From Octopus bimaculoides (taxonomy: Eukaryota), in assembly GCF_001194135.2 (NCBI RefSeq), contig NC_068981.1:88267490-88304529 (forward strand): 37,040 bases of DNA, read 5' to 3'. Below, one piece after another: positions 1 to 11,206 of the stretch (positions within the stretch are counted from its first letter, which is position 1; each line of letters opens with the position of its first letter). A program made the position numbers and the translations under genes. Below the pieces are notes generated by a model. It was not told the DNA's origin. It searched no databases and saw nothing but the letters and a program-made list of their open reading frames with translations.

Positions 1-155
1 ATATATATATATATAACTTCCTGTTCACTCATTCCACTCAATCCTCTGGACCACTCCATTTACATTCACCTTCTTTGTACATTGACTGACTTATTTCCTC
101 CCCTGCTAAATTTCACGTCATGTACCTAAATCAGAAATTATTTTTCTTGTTGTTG

Positions 156-253
156 TGATGATGATGATGATGATAATAATAACAATAATAATAATAATAA
201 TGATGATAAAAATAATAATAATAATAATAACAATAATAATTATTATTATTATT
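156..253. repeat. Compound trinucleotide microsatellite (GAT)n-(TAA)n-(TTA)n
   Basis: Direct reading; explains the poly-Y/H/N ORF 131-364. Confidence 0.95.
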
Positions 254-490
254 AAGGTAGTGTGCTTGCAGGATCATTAGTATGCCAAACAAAATGCTTA
301 GCAACATTTCATCCTTCTTTACATACTGAGTCCAAATTCTGCTGAGGTCAACTTTGCCTTTCATCTTTTCGGTGTCAATAAACCAAATACCAGTTGGGCA
401 CTGGGTTCAGTGTAATTGAGTATCTCCCACCTCCAAAATTTCAGGCCTTGTGCCTGCCTATAGTAGAAAGGATTATTATTATTATTATTA
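254..490 (+). mobile_element. SINE family A copy 1 (tRNA-like head, (TTA)n tail)
   Basis: Body ...ctgagtccaaattctgctgaggtcaactttgcctttcatctttt...ggccttgtgcc...tagtagaaaggattattatt aligns by eye with 502-722 and 29296-29448. B-box-like GTTCAAATTC in sister copies. Confidence 0.85.
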
Positions 491-501
491 GTAGTAGTAG
501 T

Positions 502-722
502 AAAGTGGTGAGCTGGCAGAATTGTTAGTGCACTGGACAAAATGCTTAGTAGTATTGCGTCTGTTTTTATGTTCGGAGTTCAGATTCTGCTGATGTTGAC
601 TTTGCCTTTTATTCTTTTGGGTTTGATAAATTAAGTACCAGCAAAACACTGGGGTTGATGTAATTGACTAGGCCCATTCAGCCAAATTTCAGGCCTTGTG
701 CCCATAGTAGAAAGGATTATTA
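502..722 (+). mobile_element. SINE family A copy 2, head-to-tail with copy 1
   Basis: aaagtggtgagctggcagaattgttag...gactttgccttttattc...ggccttgtgcccatagtagaaaggattatt, homologous to 254-490. Confidence 0.85.
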
Positions 723-1051
723 GAGATAAAATACATTTATCAGTACGTGAACACTCTCAAGTGCAATTCTAGTTTTCTGTCAATCCATCCCCCAGTATTA
801 GGAATACTTAAAGGAGTTAAGCTGCAGAAAATTCAATAAACAAATACACTGTAAAGATTTATTTTTAAGGTAAATAGTTCTAATGTTTTATATAAATAAG
901 AATTGCTTTCTGTTATGTCTGCTTTTTCACTTCTCCAGTTGCTTTCACTGCCTCCATAGTCTTAACACTATAGTCTTAGTTGTAAACCGGCTGAAGTGGA
1001 ATGTCAACAGAATAAAATGAATCCATTAAAAAGCCTCCACTCTTCATCAAA

Positions 1052-1106
1052 TGGTGATAATGGTGGTGGTGGTGGTGGTTATGATTAGGAGAGATGATAG
1101 TGATGG

Positions 1107-1152
<46 letters not shown>

Positions 1153-1424
1153 ACAATGTTGATAATGATAAAGGTTATGATAGTAACATGCCAGAAATAA
1201 AAACAAAAACAAAAACAAAAACAAAAAACAAAACAAAAACAAAGAAAATAAAATAAAGAAAAAAAAAGAAAATTAAAAGGGAACTTAGTAAGTTATGTCT
1301 TTCAGAAGAGGATTCCATGTTCAACTTAACAAAAAGGAAAGTCTTCTTTTTCTCCCAAGTAAAGTGATATAAACAACAACAACAACAACAACAGCAATAA
1401 CAACAACAACAACAACAACAACTC
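1052..1424. repeat. Microsatellite cluster (GGT)n,(GAT)n,(AAAAAC)n,(CAA)n
   Basis: Direct reading; source of the poly-I, poly-C and FL-repeat ORFs. Confidence 0.95.
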
Positions 1425-2990
1425 CTCAATAACAAACAACTATAAAGAAAAGCAAATTAGAAGAGAAGTGAAAACATTTCGATGTATCAGTGTATATATA
1501 ATAAGTGCTTGTTATAAAGTCAACAAAATTCCACTCACTCCTGTCATGATAGAGGCTGACTTTAATTTTAATTGGCCTGTTAACATTACTTTACAAAGCT
1601 TATTATCAGAAAATGGGATTTAAAACACAGCATAGAACATATTAGAACACATGTAGGACACCATAAACATTTAAGTGTGTGTGAGAAGCTGGTAGTAGAT
1701 TTCCTTCTTGATCTCTGGAATAATGTAAGACAACATTTCGACTGTTACAAACTAAACAAAGCCAAACGTGGAATAAAGATGGAGAAACAAAAAAGAAAAA
1801 AAAAAAGAAGTGTATTGAATATGTTGGTGAAGTTAGATGACAGATCTAGTTCAAAACAGGGGCACCAGTATTTTCTTAACGAAACACTTTGAAACTTGGG
1901 ACACTGGTAGAATGTGTCATATAAAACATCTTTTTCTCTTAGTCTTCTTAACAAAAAAACGTACATCGCAAGTTATTTCATGTTAAAGTTGTCGTATTTC
2001 TGTAATTTCAACCAATCACTGACGTCCATTCAGCCGAATACAGTAAGTGCTGACTACGTAAACAAACGATTCTCAAACGATTCTGGCGGTAATAAAATTN
2101 NNNNNNNNNNNNNNNNNNNNNNNNNNNNNNNNNNNNNNNNNNNNNNNNNNNNNNNNNNNNNNNNNNNNNNNNNNNNNNNNNNNNNNNNNNNNNNNNNNNN
2201 NNNNNNNNNNNNNNNNNNNNNNNNNNNNNNNNNNNNNNNNNNNNNNNNNNNNNNNNNNNNNNNNNNNNNNNNNNNNNNNNNNNNNNNNNNNNNNNNNNNN
2301 NNNNNNNNNNNNNNNNNNNNNNNNNNNNNNNNNNNNNNNNNNNNNNNNNNNNNNNNNNNNNNNNNNNNNNNNNNNNNNNNNNNNNNNNNNNNNNNNNNNN
2401 NNNNNNNNNNNNNNNNNNNNNNNNNNNNNNNNNNNNNNNNNNNNNNNNNNNNNNNNNNNNNNNNNNNNNNNNNNNNNNNNNNNNNNNNNNNNNNNNNNNN
2501 NNNNNNNNNNNNNNNNNNNNNNNNNNNNNNNNNNNNNNNNNNNNNNNNNNNNNNNNNNNNNNNNNNNNNNNNNNNNNNNNNNNNNNNNNNNNNNNNNNNN
2601 NNNNNNNNNNNNNNNNNNNNNNNNNNNNNNNNNNNNNNNNNNNNNNNNNNNNNNNNNNNNNNNNNNNNNNNNNNNNNNNNNNNNNNNNNNNNNNNNNNNN
2701 NNNNNNNNNNNNNNNNNNNNNNNNNNNNNNNNNNNNNNNNNNNNNNNNNNNNNNNNNNNNNNNNNNNNNNNNNNNNNNNNNNNNNNNNNNNNNNNNNNNN
2801 NNNNNNNNNNNNNNNNNNNNNNNNNNNNNNNNNNNNNNNNNNNNNNNNNNNNNNNNNNNNNNNNNNNNNNNNNNNNNNNNNNNNNNNNNNNNNNNNNNNN
2901 NNNNNNNNNNNNNNNNNNNNNNNNNNNNNNNNNNNNNNNNNNNNNNNNNNNNNNNNNNNNNNNNNNNNNNNNNNNNNNNNNNNNNNNNNN

Positions 2991-3149
2991 ACACACACAC
3001 ACACACATCACATGTACACATATCTCACACATGCATACACACACATCACACACACATGCACACACACACACACACACACACATATATGCACACACACACA
3101 CACACACACACATATATGCACACACACACACACACATCTCATACATATA
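2991..3149. repeat. (CA)n/(TA)n compound microsatellite at gap edge
   Basis: Direct reading. Confidence 0.95.
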
Positions 3150-3500
3150 TGAGGTCTGATCAATAAGTATCCGGACTGTTGCCAAAGTAACAAAGCTAAA
3201 GCATGCAGAGTCAACTTGCTTGGCACAGATTGACCTTGAACTCTGCTGTGCATGTGCACTAAGTTTTAATGATCTAGCTCACTTCCGCTGTTTACAGCAG
3301 TGCTTAGAAGAAAGGTGTGTAGCATGTGATCATCATATTGACCATGACAGAGAAAGTTGTCATGGTTATACTTGCTCAGAGGCCTATGTAATGTTGCAGA
3401 AAGTGTATGGAGAGGAGTGTATGAGCTGCACTCAAGTGTATGAGTAGTTCAAACATCTCCAAGATGTTTATAGAAAGTGAAAATGGAAAGCTGGGATGTT
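3150..3500 (+). mobile_element. Decayed mariner-type DNA transposon 5' end (TIR plus transposase N-terminal HTH relic)
   Basis: TA followed by tgaggtctgatcaataagtatccggactg (mariner-like TIR). From ATG 3344: MTEKV..GYTCSEAYVMLQKVYGEECMSCTQVYE*FKHLQD, resembling the mariner HTH motif (..EMLQKAYGDECLSRTQVYEWFKRF); has a stop and a deletion. Confidence 0.8.
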
Positions 3501-3600
3501 CATGTCACTCAAGTGATGTTTACAAGTAATAATGAATAGCTTATTCTTACACACACAAACACACAAACACACACACACTCACCACATGTGTGTGTGTGTG

Positions 3601-3645
3601 TTCAATCCATGCCAGCATGGAAGACGGATGTTAAATGATGATGAT
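3601..3645 (+). mobile_element. Family E 3' tail stub ending in (GAT)n
   Basis: ccatgccagcatggaagacggatgttaaatgatgatg matches the ends of 28285-28807 and 32446-32730. Confidence 0.7.
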
Positions 3646-3770
3646 ATAAGCAGCAGAAAAAGTAGGATCAATCTGACAAGCTTCTAGTCTTTTTACAGGC
3701 TTCATCAGAGCAAGAATACTCATCTTCTGTGCTGACAGAGTGAATTGTGGTTTATTACTATTGATACAAA

Positions 3771-3915
3771 GGTGCAAGCATGGGCTGTGGCTAAGAAGCT
3801 TGCTTCTCAAACATGTGGTCTCGGGTTCAGTCACACTGCATGGTCTTCTACTTTAGCCCTGAGCTGACCAAAGCCTTGTGAGTGGATTTGCTAGATAGAA
3901 ACTGAATGAAGTCTA
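3771..3915 (+). mobile_element. SINE family C (tRNA-derived, CORE-like body)
   Basis: ggtgcaagcatgggctgtgg...gggttcagtc...ccaaagccttgtgagtggatttg, homologous to the young copy at 19891-20104; ends in (TA)n. Confidence 0.85.
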
Positions 3916-4228
3916 TTATATATATATATATATACATATACAAGGTCACTGTTGTCCTCCTTGCCACCCACACCTTAAGTCAACATCTTCCTCTTCTGAT
4001 CATTTCAGTATGCCATAACCATCTAACTGAGACACATGTGTTCTTTTCTCTTTGATTTTTCTTTCTCCTCATCTATCCTTTCTCTAGAAGAGCATATGCC
4101 TGAAACATTAGTCTTCTTCCAATTTTCCTGAGCATCAAACTAATACACTCTGTTTTTTATCTCACCTTCATGTTTTTTTTTTAAATATTTTTGTACCATA
4201 CATATACATGCAAACATACATGTGCGAA

Positions 4229-4345
4229 GGTGCAGATATGGCTGTGTGGTGAAAAGCATACTTCTCAACCACATGGTTCTGGGTTCAGTCATGCTGCTTG
4301 GCACCTTGGGCAAATGTCTTCTACTATAGATTCAGGCCAACCAAA
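4229..4345 (+). mobile_element. SINE family C, 3'-truncated
   Basis: ggtgcagatatggctgtgtgg...gggttcagtc...ggcaccttgggcaaatgtcttctactatag. Confidence 0.85.
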
Positions 4346-4567
4346 ATTCTATCTGACCTATACTACAACATAGGTCTGGAAATTAGAATTTTTATATTAA
4401 ATTCCCAAATTTATACTTAATTTACAATATATTATTACTTGGCCAGGAGTTTGGATCATAGGTCCGAAAATTAGAATTTATATATTAAAAGCCCAAATAT
4501 ATACATTATATATATTCGAATTGAATTGTATTTTGGCATAACAATTTTAATTTAAAAAAAAAATGTT

Positions 4568-4590
4568 CCAAACTTTTGGCCACGACTGTA
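4568..4590 (-). mobile_element. Isolated Tc1-like terminal inverted repeat with TA
   Basis: Reverse complement reads TA-CAGTCGTGGCCAAAAGTTTGG, a typical Tc1-family TIR start. No partner TIR seen. Confidence 0.6.
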
Positions 4591-4868
4591 GTATAGAAAA
4601 GTGGATAGTAAATGATGATGTATATAAAGAGATGAATAGCTTAACGCTGTTAATAGAGTGTACAATCTTTGACACAACTAAATTGATGTATTCAGTTGGT
4701 ATAACAATGCATGTGCGCGACAATTTGCATAATTAATTAATTTATTAATTAATAATGCACTATAAAGTTGTTTTTGAATAATTGAAGATATAAAGCATAA
4801 AGTATACCTTTTTGATAAACATATAAACATAACAAGGGCTAGAATTCAAGCCTCTTAGTTTCTTCTTT

Positions 4869-5021
4869 GGTAGACATGGCTGTGTAGACACTGACTTCTT
4901 AACCTTGTGGTCTCAAGTTCAGCCCCACTGTGTGGATGTTGGGCAAGTGTTTTCTTCTACATCCTTGGGGTGACTAATGACTTGTAAGCAAATTTGGTTG
5001 ACAGAAACTGTAGAAGCCTGT

Positions 5022-5023
<2 letters not shown>
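4869..5023 (+). mobile_element. SINE family C, diverged; (TG)n tail
   Basis: catggctgtgt...ttcagccccactgtgtggatgttgggcaagtg...gaaactgtagaagcctgttg. Confidence 0.75.
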
Positions 5024-5056
<33 letters not shown>

Positions 5057-5220
5057 GCACCCTGAAGAAGTGGCAATTAACACCAAAATGCACACTAAGA
5101 TGCAAAATTTTGCAGTGTGCACAAAATTGCAGCAGAAGCATGTAAGTACAGAAATGGAAAGATGTGATTGACTGCAGAATAAAACTGGATATATAAATCT
5201 CTGTTCTCCTTATTATTAAT

Positions 5221-5313
<93 letters not shown>

Positions 5314-5373
5314 CACACACACATACATACATATATATAAATACACACACACACACACACACACACAGGTAAA

Positions 5374-5697
5374 GGTACATGGCTCAGTGGTTAGAGTTTC
5401 GGACTCACAATTATGAGGTAGTGAATTTGATTCCTAGACTAGGTTGTGTGTTGCATTCTTGAGCAAGACACTTTATTTCACATTGCTCCAGTTCACTCAG
5501 CTGTAGAAATGAGTTACGTCTGAGCTATATTGGCTTTTGCCTTTCTTCTGGATAACATTGGTGGCATAGAGAAGGGAGGTTGGTATGCATGGGCGACTGC
5601 TGGTTTTCCATAAACAACTTTGCCTAGACTTGTACTTCAGAGGGGAACCTTCTAGCTGTAATCCCATGGTCATTCATGACCGACGGGGGCCTTTACC
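5374..5697 (+). mobile_element. SINE family D (tRNA-derived, about 320 bp)
   Basis: A-box TGGCTCAGTGG and degenerate B-box; body cttgagcaagacactttatttcacattgctccagttcactcagctg shared with 15528-15790 (minus) and 22679-22975. Confidence 0.85.
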
Positions 5698-6062
5698 CTC
5701 TTACACACACATATATACTTAGATATGTGTGTACATTTGTTTGCTTTTGTTTCTAACTGCTAATGTTGGTTTATTTATGTCCCCACAGCTAAGCAAGTTC
5801 GGTTAAAAGAGGCTGACAGAAGAAATAAATATCTAGAAATTCTTACTCATTCTTATACTGACACAAGTTCAGGGCTTGCAGAAATCAATTTAATCTTTAA
5901 TTTTTTTTTCCTTTCTTTTAAGTTCCTGTTTAATTGGTATTTAGAAAAAAATTCTTTAGCGATTCATTCAAATAAGGACCAACCGAGTTTAATGTTGCCT
6001 AACTTTGTTAAAAAGTAAAATATTATTCACGCTTAGTCAGTAATTTTCATTGTGAAAAAGTG

Positions 6063-6119
<57 letters not shown>
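6063..6119 (+). repeat. 57-nt poly(A) run
   Basis: Direct count. Confidence 0.95.
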
Positions 6120-6122
<3 letters not shown>

Positions 6123-6727
6123 ATCCATTTCTTTTTGTCTATTTATTTTATACATCTATTTATTGTCATTTGCTACTTTTATTTTATTTAATATGACTCA
6201 GCATAGAAATTTGTTACAAATCAATGCTGTTGGTGGTGTAAGGAAAGGAAAAAAAAAAAAAAACAGAAAAAGAAAAAGAGATCTAACCCCCACCCCAACT
6301 CACATCAGTTTGTAGACCCCTAACCTCCCCTCTTTAAAAAAAGACTATAAAAATAAATAAATAAATGTAAACAAAAATACAAAACAGAATTAAAAACAGG
6401 AGTCAGATTATTTTCATTGCCTGTATCAGTGAATATCTTTGCAACCTTACTAGTTGGCGGTGTTTACTGGCATAAGGCTGCAATTGGAAAAATTGGGCGT
6501 GCTTAGTACTGCTAGGGATTCTTAGTTCAGTATTTGGAGAAGGGAAAGTGAGTGAGGGAGTGAAGTGAGTGAAATGAGTGAAGTGCGTGAGTGAGTGGTG
6601 GAGTGATTGATGTAGCATGTCAATTTTAATGAGACTGGAATGGGGGCTCCGGGCAGCATTGGTGATTTTTAGTTCTACTGACAAGAGGGCATATATAGAA
6701 AGGGACACAGCTGAATAAGGCTAGCAG

Positions 6728-6898
6728 TTGTGGTGATGATGGTAGTAGTAGTGGTGGTGGTTGTAGAAATGGTGGTGGTGCTGGTGAAGGTGGTGNNNNN
6801 NNNNNGTGATGGTGGTGGTGGTGATGGTGGTAATGTTGGTGCAGGTGGTGGTGATGGTGGCGGTAGTGGTGGTGCAAGTGGTGGTGGAGGTGGTGGTA
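6728..6898. repeat. Degenerate (GGT)n array spanning a 10-N gap
   Basis: Direct reading; source of the poly-H/P ORFs. Confidence 0.9.
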
Positions 6899-7139
6899 TT
6901 TGAAAAAAAAAAAGATATGACTTGATCTGTTTTTTTTTTAATGTAAAGTTTGAAATAAATTGATGGTGAAACTTAATTATATAAAGATTTACTTCTTCAA
7001 ATCAAAACAACCACAAAACAGATGTGCTGGGCTTTGATGGCAGGAATGTTTTCCTTTTTTTAAATTTAGATCAATAATCCATACAGATGGATAAAATGAA
7101 TAAATAAATAAATAAAACAAAACAACAACTTCTTAAATA

Positions 7140-7330
7140 CACATGAGCCAATAACAGAGCCTGTACATGGTCACTGCACTTGCTAGAAATAAAGCAGAAC
7201 GTTTCTCAAACTATGCCTTTCTGTATTTATTAAGGTAAGGAGAGTACACGAGATAATGTAGTTTTCTACACAGCCCCCAAATTATGTGATGGTCATGTTT
7301 GGAATACCTTTGATCATAAGTCTGTTCATT
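7140..7330 (+). mobile_element. Unclassified interspersed repeat, family G
   Basis: gctagaaata...ggaatacctttgatcataagtctgttc; reverse-complement match at 16540-16715, fragments near 17860, 23830 and 35320. Strand is arbitrary. Confidence 0.55.
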
Positions 7331-8065
7331 GCTACCACTGTCACCACCACCACCACCACCACCACCACCATTTCCTTNNNNNNNNNNNNNNNNNNNNNNN
7401 NNNNNNNNNNNNNNNNNNNNNNNNNNNNNNNNNNNNNNNNNNNNNNNNNNNNNNNNNNNNNNNNNNNNNNNNNNNNNNNNNNNNNNNNNNNNNNNNNNNN
7501 NNNNNNNNNNNNNNNNNNNNNNNNNNNNNNNNNNNNNNNNNNNNNNNNNNNNNNNNNNNNNNNNNNNNNNNNNNNNNNNNNNNNNNNNNNNNNNNNNNNN
7601 NNNNNNNNNNNNNNNNNNNNNNNNNNNNNNNNNNNNNNNNNNNNNNNNNNNNNNNNNNNNNNNNNNNNNNNNNNNNNNNNNNNNNNNNNNNNNNNNNNNN
7701 NNNNNNNNNNNNNNNNNNNNNNNNNNNNNNNNNNNNNNNNNNNNNNNNNNNNNNNNNNNNNNNNNNNNNNNNNNNNNNNNNNNNNNNNNNNNNNNNNNNN
7801 NNNNNNNNNNNNNNNNNNNNNNNNNNNNNNNNNNNNNNNNNNNNNNNNNNNNNNNNNNNNNNNNNNNNNNNNNNNNNNNNNNNNNNNNNNNNNNNNNNNN
7901 NNNNNNNNNNNNNNNNNNNNNNNNNNNNNNNNNNNNNNNNNNNNNNNNNNNNNNNNNNNNNNNNNNNNNNNNNNNNNNNNNNNNNNNNNNNNNNNNNNNN
8001 NNNNNNNNNNNNNNNNNNNNNNNNNNNNNNNNNNNNNNNNNNNNNCACACAAGTTTATATAAGAA

Positions 8066-8159
8066 GGGCTTCCACATAGTTTCCATTTACCAAATTCATT
8101 CAAAAGGCATTGGTTGGCCCAGACCTGGGGCTATATTAGAAGATACTTGTCCAAAGTGC
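8066..8159 (-). mobile_element. SINE family C fragment
   Basis: gggcttcc...gtttccatttaccaaattc...gaagatacttgtccaaagtgc, reverse of family C. Confidence 0.7.
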
Positions 8160-8854
8160 TGGATAGTTTAAAAGAAGAAAAGTATTAAATTTTGCAGAAT
8201 TTGTCAGAAGTTACTTTACCATAGTTATATATACATATTCTATTTAATTTAGTGGATATAATTAAACATACAACTTTAAAGATATTTGATTGCTGTGTTT
8301 GTGTATGGTACCAAATTATATTCTTCAGTTTTTATATCTTAACTGGTATATCAATAGACTATCTTCTGCTTGTTCTTAAAATTCTTCCTCTCATAAATTG
8401 TTAAGAAATTTTTTTTAAATCTGGAAATAGATACCATTTATATGTGTGTGTGCGTGCGTGCATGCACATTTGCATCTCCTTCTATTCATAATTCTTGTGC
8501 TTTTGATTCTAGGAAAGACTTTTAGCTGGGGAAAAACATCTAATAAAGCAATAGGCTCTATTTTTTATACAAATAACTCTACTTTTATATAAACACTAAT
8601 TTTGTGAATTATTATCACATCTTTCATTATTAATATTTTTCTGGCAGTTTCCTGCAAAACTATGACTGAAACAAGTAAAAGAAAAAAAAATAAGAGTGGA
8701 TATAAACCATTTAATTTTTTTTTGGCATTTCTTTTTTAGCAAGTACCAAACAAATAATTTTACTATATTATTATTAATACTATTATACAATAATTCAAAT
8801 TCATTTTGCATTTAACACCTTGTGTTTTAAATACCTCCTCCCTGATTTAATTGT

Positions 8855-9254
8855 TTATCCGTTTAGCATTTAAACCAGCCATATCCGGTCGAAATATTGT
8901 ACAAGTTTTATGTTCAAATTAGCCAGACGTAGCCTTTCCCACTAACCCTACAATATCATTCTAAAAACTGTCACCTTATCAGTATCACCTAGCTACAAGA
9001 AAATGCATGATTAATTCAAAACAATGTGAATAAATAAGCATTACTTTTGTCTGAATAATGTGAACGCTAAAGGGTTAAACCGGCCATATCCATCCCAAAT
9101 ATTCTACCTGTTTCATTTTCAAACTGGCCAGATCTGGTCTCTTACATCAACTCTACAATCTCATTCTAAAAAATTAACAGTTACTTCATCAAAATCTCGA
9201 TGCTACAAGATATGCATGATTAATTCAAAACAATAATGCAAATGCTAAAGGGTT
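8855..9254. mobile_element. piggyBac-like MITE family 1, internally duplicated (one left end, two right ends)
   Basis: Left end ttat-ccgtttagcatt (8855); right ends aacgctaaaggg-ttaa (to 9078) and aatgctaaagggtt (9241-9254). The two halves are homologous (ggccatatcc...ctacaa...gcatgattaattcaaaacaat). Confidence 0.7.
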
Positions 9255-11008
9255 GTACTAGGAAGGAACAACAAAATCTCTGCAAATAATTGATACTAAG
9301 CTGTGAGATTCATTTAGAGATAATAGCAGAAATTAAGTCCATTGGGTAGTCATTGCTATCAAGACACAACACTCTTCTTAATAAAGTTGTCTGGCTTCCC
9401 ATTAGTCTGCCATTATTCTGACTCCAGTGGTAATAAAGTGATTTAGCAAAACTAGGAAGATTGGAATGAGATGAAATAGGAAAACACTAAGCAAAAATAA
9501 AGACAAAAATGCAAAGTGTACTTGAAAACCTTTCCTTTGTTAATTTGCTTGGCAGTGGATGTGTAGGATGTGTAGGATGTGTATGGCTTTTTTTGTTCTG
9601 CTAGTGGTTAATAAGAATAACCCTGATTCTGATCTTATCTATGACCTAAACCTATATACTACTGTTAATGTATTATAACTAAAGAAACTATTAGGGAGAA
9701 AGAAGGTGAGTGTTGGTTGCTGGGAATAAAGTATATTTATGAGCTTGATTCTGGAAAAGAGAGATATAAGATATCAAATTACATTACACTTGGTTTTTAT
9801 GAGTTATTCAGAAGAGGAGGAGCAACGTCCATGACCTTTGCAGGCCTCACCAGACTGATGTGAATTCCAAGTACTATGGCTTTTTGCTTCTTGTTGAAGA
9901 AAAGTAAAGATGTTTTATTTGTGTTCAATCTTATTAAAGTAGTCAAATAGAGATAGATAAGTCATCTAGTTTTATTAATTTTCAATGTTTGCTATCAGTT
10001 TTTACATGTTTGTTAATGTCAGTATCTCGGTCATTAGATTACAAGGTAACTAACTGTGAGGTACACTATGAGATAACCAACTGCAAAGTGCATGATTCCA
10101 ATCTAGTTACCAGACCAAGTCCCAGATCACTTTACACTGAGATGACACAGCTGGTCGTAGAATCATCAGATCAATTTCAGAAAAAAAAAGAAAAAAAAGT
10201 ACAAAATTTCTTGAAGTAGCAGATTGTGTTGTTAGAAAGTAACTCAAAATGAAACATTTTTCTGATAGGATCCAGTGGAGGAAGATGCATGAGGACTCTA
10301 CTTTCAGGAATAATAGGCAACAAAATTTGTAGGTTGGTTGGATAATTTAATGATTATCAATAGGATTTTTTACATTTAAAAATTAAAAATATTCAAGTAA
10401 TAAGTAACTTAGAAAACATAGCATGCAATCTAGAAAAATAGCATAATCCATTACTTGTATCCTGATATGGCAACCCTAACCAGTCTAGTTGTTAAATATG
10501 GATAAATTTGCTGCTGAAAGCAGTAGGAATATTATAAGATTTGAGAGTGTTTTCTTAGCTTACAGTCTTGCTTCTGTGAATATAACTTTTGCTGAGTTTA
10601 TCTACTCTAAAAACAGCATCTGCTATGTGGAGACAAAATCTTTGACTCTTAATCTAATAGAGTTTTACCAATGTGAGTAGCTTTGATTGGACATCTGTTA
10701 ATTCTATCAAAGAGAACTTTCACTATATACACCAATGGAAACACGCCAAAAGTCACTCATTTTCATAAAGAACTGTGACTTACTCTGTCCTCCAATTCTG
10801 GTGAACTATTACCAATTTACTAAATCATTCTCTCTAGTGATCTTTTCTAGAATTTTCATATTCTCAACATTGCTGAAATCATATCAAAGAGGTTTTGGCT
10901 TTCTCTTCAGAATTAAGAAACCTGAGATAGCATTCATTCCCTAAGATACAAATTTGCTCCATAACAAAGCACTGTTCTTGTGGCAGGAAAATCTTTAATC
11001 CTTGGCCT

Positions 11009-11206
11009 AATATTGGCTTCAAAGTTTGACACAAAGCCAGCAGTTTCGAGAAAGGGCTAAGTCAACTGGTATTTATTTTATTGACCCTGAAAGGATGAAA
11101 GACAAAGTCAATCCCAATGGCATTTGAACTCAGAACGTACAGACAGATAAAATACTGCTAAGCATTTTGTCCACCATGCTAATGATTCTGCCAGCTTGCT
11201 TCCCTT
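11009..11206 (-). mobile_element. SINE family A, subfamily A2 (alternative 3' end)
   Basis: Reverse of the family A body (gaaaggatgaaagacaaagtcaa...ttgaactcagaac...ctaagcattttg); 3' end ...ttgaagccaatatt shared with 13858-14052. Confidence 0.8.

Noticed and set aside
1914-3185. Long ORFs (316-412 aa) in the ORF track
   Set aside because: They are read-through of the N gap and (CA)n. The same applies to ORFs spanning the gaps at 7378, 12370, 14084, 21684, 24014, 25145, 27106 and 32137.
5374-5445. tRNA gene-like A/B boxes here and in family C heads
   Set aside because: No cloverleaf, and they continue into SINE bodies, so these are tRNA-derived heads rather than tRNA genes.
10784-10921. Minus-strand exon candidate with a strong GTAAGT donor
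   Set aside because: All three frames contain stops.
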